DNA of 43,383 nt from a virus (Duplodnaviria > Caudoviricetes), in IMG/VR virus record IMGVR_UViG_3300044676_007235, positions 1-43,383 of that record. One strand, written 5' to 3'. Each line of letters opens with the position of its first letter. The first letter of the stretch is position 1. The notes below the pieces were generated by a model that had not been told where the DNA came from, searched no databases, and saw only the letters and a list, made by a program, of their open reading frames with translations. Below, piece after piece: positions 37,235-43,383 of the stretch. A program made the translations under genes and the position numbers.

Positions 37235-40200
37235 ATGTCGGAAGATAATAAAAATCTGCCATCTATAAATGATTTCCTCTCTAAGGAAAATTTACCTTCA
37301 GTGGAAGAGTATGTGGTGGAGAATTCTCTACCATCAGTAGAAGATTATATTGAAAAAGAAGAAGAAGATATTCAAGAAGAGACAATAGAAGAACCTGTTG
37401 TAGAAACAGAGAATCTTACAGAAGTATTACGTCTCATTAATGACGTAAGAAGGGATATTCCTGATATTCCTGAAGTTAAGTATTACGATGATGAACTTGC
37501 TCAACTATCTGAGCAAATCACACAGATTCAAACCGAACTGTCAGAAGCACCTGAAGTTCGCTACTATGAATCCGAAGTAGAAGAGTTATGTGAAAAGATA
37601 GATTTTGTTAGAGAGCAGATCAAAGATATACCTGAAATAAAGTATTACGATGAACAAGTTAATGCTATTGAAGATAGGATTGATACTCTTCAAACTGAAG
37701 TAACAAATCTACCAGAAGTAAAATATTATGATAAAGAAATTGAAGCAATCTGTGGAGCTATCGATGATGTAAAATCACAGATTCCTCAGTTCCCTAAATG
37801 GGTTAATGAAGTAAATGAAGTTCCAGATTTCTCATGGATTGGGAAGACGTTCAGTGTTATTGATGATGATTTTATAAAAATCAATGATGTTGTCGAAACT
37901 CTGAGAGAACGTATTAATTTCGATATTAGAGAGATTTCTAATGATATTGATAATAAAAAGTTTGAATCTAAAGTTGAACTTAGAACAAAGTCTGAAGAAA
38001 TTGAGACAAAAATTCAAGAGGAAAAAGATAAAATTTGGAAAGAGTTGAGAGAATCATCTCTTAGAATCTGGGAACATCACAAAACTTTCAAAGATGATGA
38101 TAAGAAGTTAAAGAAACAAATCCTTGGTGAATATAACCAGTTAAAGGATTCTCTTAACAAGTCTATTAAAGAAAATGCCGAACAAAGTGTAAAAACTGAT
38201 GAGTTACTTCTAAAGTATTTTAGTGAATTAAAAGAGGAAGTAACAAAACTTCCTGAAGTAAAATATTATGACGATGATATTCGTTATATTAAAGAAGATA
38301 TCGTAAGTCTTCGTTCTCTTGTTCAATCTATCAAGAATGAGCAAAAAGATTTAAATGAAGAATTGCAGCAACTTAATGAAGTTGCTCTAGAAGAACCTCA
38401 TAATGTACCACAAAGTGTTGGTGGGCCGCAAGATCCTTTAACACCTATCGATCAGAAGTTTGCTACTTTTAAAGATTTAAAACAGCACTATCAGATCTTT
38501 ATTAATAGAATCCAATCCCAATTGGCAGCTGTTGGTGGCGGTGGCGCTGGACGTATTCCAGATCTTGATGATGTTACTTTTGATGCAGGTATTGGCACTG
38601 GAAAACTCCTTATTTTCAATGGTGCTAAATGGGTAGGCATTGCAAGTACTGCCTTAGGTAGCGGTGGTGGTGCTGGAATAGCACAAACTGATTTTATTAC
38701 AGGTATTGCTGCAACATTCTCAGGTAATGTTTCTGTTGGTGGTACTCTAACTTATCAAGATGTAAGACATATTGATGCTATTGGCATTATCACGGCACAG
38801 CAAGGTGTTCAAATCCTTAATAATGGACTGAATATCATTAGTGGTATTATCACTGCTGTTGGTGCTGCTGGAACAGTAACTATCGGTGCTGGAGCAACAG
38901 CATTGCATGTTGATGGCGATGCAAGAGTCATTGGCATCCTGACGGTTGGTAGAAGTTCTGTCACGATTGATGGTACTACTAATAAAATTACTATTGGTAA
39001 TGAAGATGTAACCATATCTAATTCTAGTATCACAATTGGTGATAATGTAACCATTCAAGCAGGTGCATCTGGTATTAACTCTGCACCTAATGTTCTGTAT
39101 GTTGCGAAGGATGGTAGTGACAGTAATAATGGAACATCTATCGATAATGCAAAACTAACAATCAAGGCTGCTGTCGGTGCTGCTACATCAGGCACGACTG
39201 TTAAGGTTCTCTCAGGCAACTATGTCGAAGATAACCCAATTACAGTTCCAGCATTTACTGCTGTTGTAGGTGACGATTTGAGAACCGTCAAAGTTTTACC
39301 TAATAATGCCACACAAGACATCTTCCATGTAAACAAAGCATGTAAGTTGCAGAATATGACGTTTTCTGGACACTTATCACCTGGTGCTGCAGTTGCATTC
39401 CCATCAGCAGGTGCAACTAATGTAGGTGGTGGAAAGTGGAAAGGCCCATATATTCAGAACTGCACCAGTGACACCACCACTGGAACTGGTATCAGAGTTG
39501 ATGGTGCTTTAGCAGAGAAAACTAAGTCCATGAACGTTGACGCATTCACTCAATACAATCAGGGTGGTGTGGGTGTTGCAGTCACCAATGAAGGTTATGC
39601 CCAATTAGTTTCTGTGTTTACCATCTGCTGTGATAAGGCAATCACATGTCATGCTGGTGGACAAGCAGATGTTGCTAATAGTAACTGTAGTTTTGGCACA
39701 TTGGGTTTGGTTGCTGATGGAAAGGGTGCTACCCAATTCATTGGAACCGTTACATCTAGTGCTGCCATTTCGCAAGATAATGTAACTTTGAATATTGGTA
39801 TAGGACAGACTCGTCCATATGACGGACAAATTGCTTTCTTTGGAGAACTATTTGAATCCGTTGAAACTATTACCGTTGGTTCGGGGGGCACAGGTTACAC
39901 ATCAACTCCAACGGTAACTATTGCCGCACCAACAGGATCCTCCGGCGAAACTGCAACGGCATTCGCAACACTTGAGGGAGAAAGTGTTGCATCCATTACT
40001 GTCATCAGTAGTGGTTCACAATATCAAACAACACCAAATGTCACCATTAGTGCTCCCAATGTTGGTTCAAACGGTGCGACTGCAACTGCAGTCATGGCTC
40101 CGATTTACTATACAATAAATAGTTCGACACCCCCTAGTGCCGGTATCACTACACTGACACTTGCAGAAAACTTACTTAATGCTATTGGTGTTGGAACATC

Positions 40201-40495
40201 AGTTCACTTCTTCCAACAAAGTAAGATTATCGCAAGTTCCCATACTTTTGAATACATTGGTTCTGGAAATACTATCACGTTGGCAACGCCAAAACGAGGT
40301 GGTGTTACTATCCAGGCAAATGAAGTCACAAGTTCCAATGGAGGTAAAGTAATTTACACCAGTACGGATCAGGCGGGCAACTTTAGAATCGGTGACGACT
40401 TGCAAATTAATCAAAATACCGGCACGATTAGTGGAAGAGCATTCTCCAGAAGTTTATTTTCAGAAATGACACCCTTTATTTTAGCACTCAGTTAA
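37235..40495 (+). CDS. chimeric protein: acidic repeat/coiled-coil N-half fused to a fibre-like Gly/Thr-rich C-half
   Basis: PE(V/I)(K/R)YY(D/E) x5; GGGGAG linker; YVAKDGSDSNNG..LTIKAA beta-helix-type start; STDQAGNFRIG; CTAAATA at 37179 upstream. Confidence 0.7.
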   Translation: MSEDNKNLPSINDFLSKENLPSVEEYVVENSLPSVEDYIEKEEEDIQEETIEEPVVETENLTEVLRLINDVRRDIPDIPEVKYYDDELAQLSEQITQIQTELSEAPEVRYYESEVEELCEKIDFVREQIKDIPEIKYYDEQVNAIEDRIDTLQTEVTNLPEVKYYDKEIEAICGAIDDVKSQIPQFPKWVNEVNEVPDFSWIGKTFSVIDDDFIKINDVVETLRERINFDIREISNDIDNKKFESKVELRTKSEEIETKIQEEKDKIWKELRESSLRIWEHHKTFKDDDKKLKKQILGEYNQLKDSLNKSIKENAEQSVKTDELLLKYFSELKEEVTKLPEVKYYDDDIRYIKEDIVSLRSLVQSIKNEQKDLNEELQQLNEVALEEPHNVPQSVGGPQDPLTPIDQKFATFKDLKQHYQIFINRIQSQLAAVGGGGAGRIPDLDDVTFDAGIGTGKLLIFNGAKWVGIASTALGSGGGAGIAQTDFITGIAATFSGNVSVGGTLTYQDVRHIDAIGIITAQQGVQILNNGLNIISGIITAVGAAGTVTIGAGATALHVDGDARVIGILTVGRSSVTIDGTTNKITIGNEDVTISNSSITIGDNVTIQAGASGINSAPNVLYVAKDGSDSNNGTSIDNAKLTIKAAVGAATSGTTVKVLSGNYVEDNPITVPAFTAVVGDDLRTVKVLPNNATQDIFHVNKACKLQNMTFSGHLSPGAAVAFPSAGATNVGGGKWKGPYIQNCTSDTTTGTGIRVDGALAEKTKSMNVDAFTQYNQGGVGVAVTNEGYAQLVSVFTICCDKAITCHAGGQADVANSNCSFGTLGLVADGKGATQFIGTVTSSAAISQDNVTLNIGIGQTRPYDGQIAFFGELFESVETITVGSGGTGYTSTPTVTIAAPTGSSGETATAFATLEGESVASITVISSGSQYQTTPNVTISAPNVGSNGATATAVMAPIYYTINSSTPPSAGITTLTLAENLLNAIGVGTSVHFFQQSKIIASSHTFEYIGSGNTITLATPKRGGVTIQANEVTSSNGGKVIYTSTDQAGNFRIGDDLQINQNTGTISGRAFSRSLFSEMTPFILALS

Positions 40496-40496
40496 G

Positions 40497-40829
40497 ATGG
40501 CACAACTAGCACTGAATAGGTTTCAAACAGAAACTTTAGAATTAACAGATAGTAATCAAACAGCTTATACTGCACCAACAGGATATACAGCGATTGTTTT
40601 ATATGCACATGTAACCAATACCACAACAAGTGCAACTTCATTTACAATGTCCCATGTTAGAAGTGGTACTGCTACAGAGATAATTAAAGACGCGACAGTT
40701 CCTCCAAATGATGCATATATTCCTCTTGATGGAAAACTTGTTTTAGAAACAAGTGATTCGATTCAAATTTTGGCGAGCGCAAATAGTAGTTTGAAATTAA
40801 TTTTAAGTATTTTGGAGACTGCAACCTGA
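40497..40829 (+). CDS. small virion structural protein
   Basis: YTAPTGYTAIVL..GKLVLETSDSI..LSILET. Confidence 0.7.
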   Translation: MAQLALNRFQTETLELTDSNQTAYTAPTGYTAIVLYAHVTNTTTSATSFTMSHVRSGTATEIIKDATVPPNDAYIPLDGKLVLETSDSIQILASANSSLKLILSILETAT

Positions 40830-41173
40830 TGCCTAAACTTATCAGTCAAAAAAACTTCCAAAACATAACTGTTTCTAGCGTAACAACTGCATCAACAGAT
40901 GAAGTTGCATTGGATGTATTTGATTCTGATCAGTTTCGTTCTGCAAGATATCAAATACAAGTTTCTAGTGGAAGTAATTATCACACTGTAGAATTTATTA
41001 TTGTGCATGATGGCAGTAGTACATATAATACCGAATTTGCAATTGTAAAAACTGATTCTTCTCTTGCATCATTTAATAGTGATATTTCTTCTGGCAATGT
41101 TAGGTTGTTAGTTACACCATCTTCGACAAACTCTACTACATTCAAAGCGATTAGAACATCCATTAACACATAA
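40829..41173 (+). CDS. small structural protein with a FRSARY/HDG module
   Basis: FRSARYQIQV..IVHDGS..SSGNVRLLVTP; a similar module (YRSAKV..LHDGT..DSGNVIVKLHP) occurs inside gp7. Confidence 0.65.
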   Translation: MPKLISQKNFQNITVSSVTTASTDEVALDVFDSDQFRSARYQIQVSSGSNYHTVEFIIVHDGSSTYNTEFAIVKTDSSLASFNSDISSGNVRLLVTPSSTNSTTFKAIRTSINT

Positions 41174-41174
41174 A

Positions 41175-41267
41175 ATTAAGACTTTTAAACAGTTTCAAGA
41201 GTTTTGGATGAATAAATATAAAAAGAGTATTGATTGCTCTTTCTCTAAATCAAAACCAGTAGCATGA
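41175..41267 (+). pseudogene. decayed internal-head-protein-like gene
   Basis: Open frame IKTFKQFQEFWMNKYKKSIDC...* with ATT where ATG is expected; resembles the KNFKQFMSE start at 43201. Confidence 0.45.
41212..41218 (+). promoter_or_regulatory. late-promoter-like motif
   Basis: ATAAATA upstream of ORF 41264. Confidence 0.5.
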
Positions 41268-43201
41268 AGTGTAAAAAGGGTGAGTATTATTGCAACGACT
41301 GTGAAAAATGCAAACCTATTCCTAAAGGGCATCATGTAATGCCTAATGGAGATTTAATGAAAGATAATGAGCACATCGATGAGGGTGGAAGTCTTCGCAA
41401 TTGGTTTAAAGGTTCTAAGTCAAAAGGCGGAAAACCTGGATGGGTTCAATCAGATGGTTCTCCATGTGCTAATGAACCAGGAGAAACCAAGACTCCAAAA
41501 TGTTTTAGTAGTGCAAGACTTGCTGCATTGAAAAGAAAAGGTAAAAAAGGTGAAAACATTATTCGTTCAGCAGTTCGTCGCAAGCGTCAAGAAGATCCTG
41601 GACAACAATCAAAGTCTGGGGCAGCAAAACCCACAAATGTAAAAACATTTGCAAAGGGTAAGAAAAGCAAAGACTATGTAAAACCAGAACCAGGATTAAA
41701 GGAAATGGCAGAAAAAAAGGATCATGAATATTCCATGGCAAGATCTCAACTTTCCACGGTAATGAGTGCTGCCAAGAGACTTAAATCCAAAATGGGTAAG
41801 GGTGAGGGAAATATTGAAGCATGGGTTCAATCAAAAATTACCAAAGCAGCAGATTATCTTGACTCTGCAGCGGATTATGTAGATAGTGGAGAAATGAAAG
41901 TAAAGGAAGAGTTCACAACCCTCCCACTAGAGATTGAAATTCCAAATAACATTCGTGACTTTAATCTTGGACTGATGTTCCGTGAAAGTCTTGACTTTAA
42001 TAAAGGCATGTTATTTGTCTTTGATGAAGTTGGAGAAAAGTCTTTCTATATGAAAGAAACAAAGATTCCTCTTGACATTGCTTTCGTCACAGAGGAAGGA
42101 ATAGTAGAAAGCATTAAAAAATTAGAACCATATAACGAAACTCCAGTAACTTCTGATGGACAAGTATTGTATGCGTTAGAAGTAAACCGTGGATGGTTTG
42201 AAGAAAACAACGTCGAAATCGGAGATGAAATCGAAGTTGAATTGAACGAAGCTGAGAAAGACAGAAAAGGTGCAGGCAGTGGAACCAAAGATGCCTGTTA
42301 TCATAAAGTCAAATCACGTTACAGCGTTTGGCCAAGTGCGTATGCGTCAGGAGCACTAGTCAAGTGTCGTAAGAAAGGTGCTGCTAATTGGGGCAATAGC
42401 ACAAAGAAAGAAGAAACAGAAATTGGTGAGGCATGTTGGAAAGGTTATGAGAAAAAAGGAATGAAGACTATGTTTGGAAAGAAATATCCAAATTGTGTGA
42501 AGAAGGAAGAAGTTCAAATCGAATCTGCTGAAGATCGTTTGAGAGACAGACGCCAAGAGCGTGGTGGTGTTGACGGCAACAACCGTTACAACAAACCAGT
42601 TAGTAACACACCAAATACCTTTGGCAAAAAGAAACCTGCCAGTGATGGTATGTCTGCACTTGAAAAAGTAAAGGCAAGTATCCGTGCCAAGTATGGTGAC
42701 AATGCTCTCATCGATACTAATAAAAAGAAAGAAGTATCTGAAGCAGTAAGACTTCCAGCAAAAACTGGCAATCTTGTTGATACTTATTTCATGTATCGCG
42801 GCAGATACTTTGCTCTGAAAATGTTCTTCCCTCAAACAACTATGCCTAGAAGATCTGATGTACAAACACAGATTGAAAAGGTATATCCTGGCGCAAGACT
42901 AGCAACTTTCAGGGTATCTACCTATGAACCAGGACAACCGGTTCTCCACGCAGAAGGGGCAGCATGGACAAAAAAATCAGGAAAAAATAAAGAAGGCGGA
43001 CTCAACGAAAAAGGACGAAAGTCTTATGAAAAGGAAAATCCAGGATCTGACCTTAAGGCACCAAGCAAGAAGGTTGGAAATTCCAGGAGGGCATCCTTCT
43101 GCGCTCGAATGAAGGGCATGAAAAAGAAACTAACTAGTAAGAAGACTGCTAGTGATCCAGATAGCAGAATTAACAAGTCACTCAGAGCGTGGAATTGCTG
43201 A
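41264..43201 (+). CDS. multi-module basic protein containing a DUF192-like domain
   Basis: GLMFRESL..GMLFVF..FYMKETKIPLDIAF..YALEVNRGWF at about 41912-42240; flanked by Lys/Cys-rich modules. Confidence 0.75.
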   Translation: MKCKKGEYYCNDCEKCKPIPKGHHVMPNGDLMKDNEHIDEGGSLRNWFKGSKSKGGKPGWVQSDGSPCANEPGETKTPKCFSSARLAALKRKGKKGENIIRSAVRRKRQEDPGQQSKSGAAKPTNVKTFAKGKKSKDYVKPEPGLKEMAEKKDHEYSMARSQLSTVMSAAKRLKSKMGKGEGNIEAWVQSKITKAADYLDSAADYVDSGEMKVKEEFTTLPLEIEIPNNIRDFNLGLMFRESLDFNKGMLFVFDEVGEKSFYMKETKIPLDIAFVTEEGIVESIKKLEPYNETPVTSDGQVLYALEVNRGWFEENNVEIGDEIEVELNEAEKDRKGAGSGTKDACYHKVKSRYSVWPSAYASGALVKCRKKGAANWGNSTKKEETEIGEACWKGYEKKGMKTMFGKKYPNCVKKEEVQIESAEDRLRDRRQERGGVDGNNRYNKPVSNTPNTFGKKKPASDGMSALEKVKASIRAKYGDNALIDTNKKKEVSEAVRLPAKTGNLVDTYFMYRGRYFALKMFFPQTTMPRRSDVQTQIEKVYPGARLATFRVSTYEPGQPVLHAEGAAWTKKSGKNKEGGLNEKGRKSYEKENPGSDLKAPSKKVGNSRRASFCARMKGMKKKLTSKKTASDPDSRINKSLRAWNC

Positions 43202-43383
43202 TGAAAAACTTTAAACAATTCATGTCCGAGTCAGTTAATATTTCTGGCGACTTCAACGGAACTCTCAATGTAGGATATGATCCTGTTCAGCAAAAAGTTG
43301 ATGAGCAAAATCAATATCTTGCAGATGTAGTTTGGATGGGAAGTATCTATAGAATGAAGATTGAGAAAAAAGAATCTTTGAGA
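43201..43383 (+). CDS. 5' part of a protein with a capsid-targeting-like N-terminus (runs off window)
   Basis: TGATG coupling; MKNFKQFMSES resembles the T4 internal-protein targeting sequence MKTYQEFIAE. Confidence 0.65.
   Translation, partial: MKNFKQFMSESVNISGDFNGTLNVGYDPVQQKVDEQNQYLADVVWMGSIYRMKIEKKESLR

Noticed and set aside
1262-43218. The many minus-strand and alternate-frame ORFs of 60-170 aa
   Set aside because: They lie inside well-supported + strand genes, show no recognisable motifs, and are the expected shadows of biased codon usage.
1-43383. Explaining the Gly-Pro codon bias as AvaII-type GGWCC avoidance only
   Set aside because: GGTC and GACC are also scarce in contexts that do not form GGWCC (Arg-Pro, Gly-Leu, Gly-Gln), so the avoided word is wider.

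Overview
A 43.4-kb segment of a T4-like cyanomyovirus (marine Synechococcus/Prochlorococcus phage type). It is AT-rich and all credible genes are on the + strand. (1) 1-6.5 kb: an accessory, probably early, region of about 20 small ORFs grouped behind seven ungapped copies of a 31-bp motif (AGAGGGCCCYTNAAANTGTNNNAGTAGTATR). It includes a PD-(D/E)xK-like nuclease next to a beta-class amino-methyltransferase, a terminator, small RNA structures and an origin-like non-coding block with cyanobacterial-type DnaA boxes. (2) 6.5-9.1 kb: sigma70-type promoters, a dyad element and cyanophage-type hypothetical genes, including a GT-A glycosyltransferase-like gene. (3) 9.1-36.8 kb: virion module gp25-gp6-gp7(3999 aa)-gp8-VrlC-like-gp13-gp14-gp15-gp16 with T4 late-promoter-like motifs. 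(4) 36.8-43.4 kb: variable region after gp16 with fibre-like and internal-head-protein-like genes. The strongest hidden signal is near-complete loss of the asymmetric 4-mer GACC/GGTC from both strands (about 9 sites by hand count), enforced by synonymous codon choice at Gly-Pro and Arg-Pro. The phage's own nuclease/methyltransferase cassette is a candidate cause. All family assignments come from motif recognition and synteny, not database searches.
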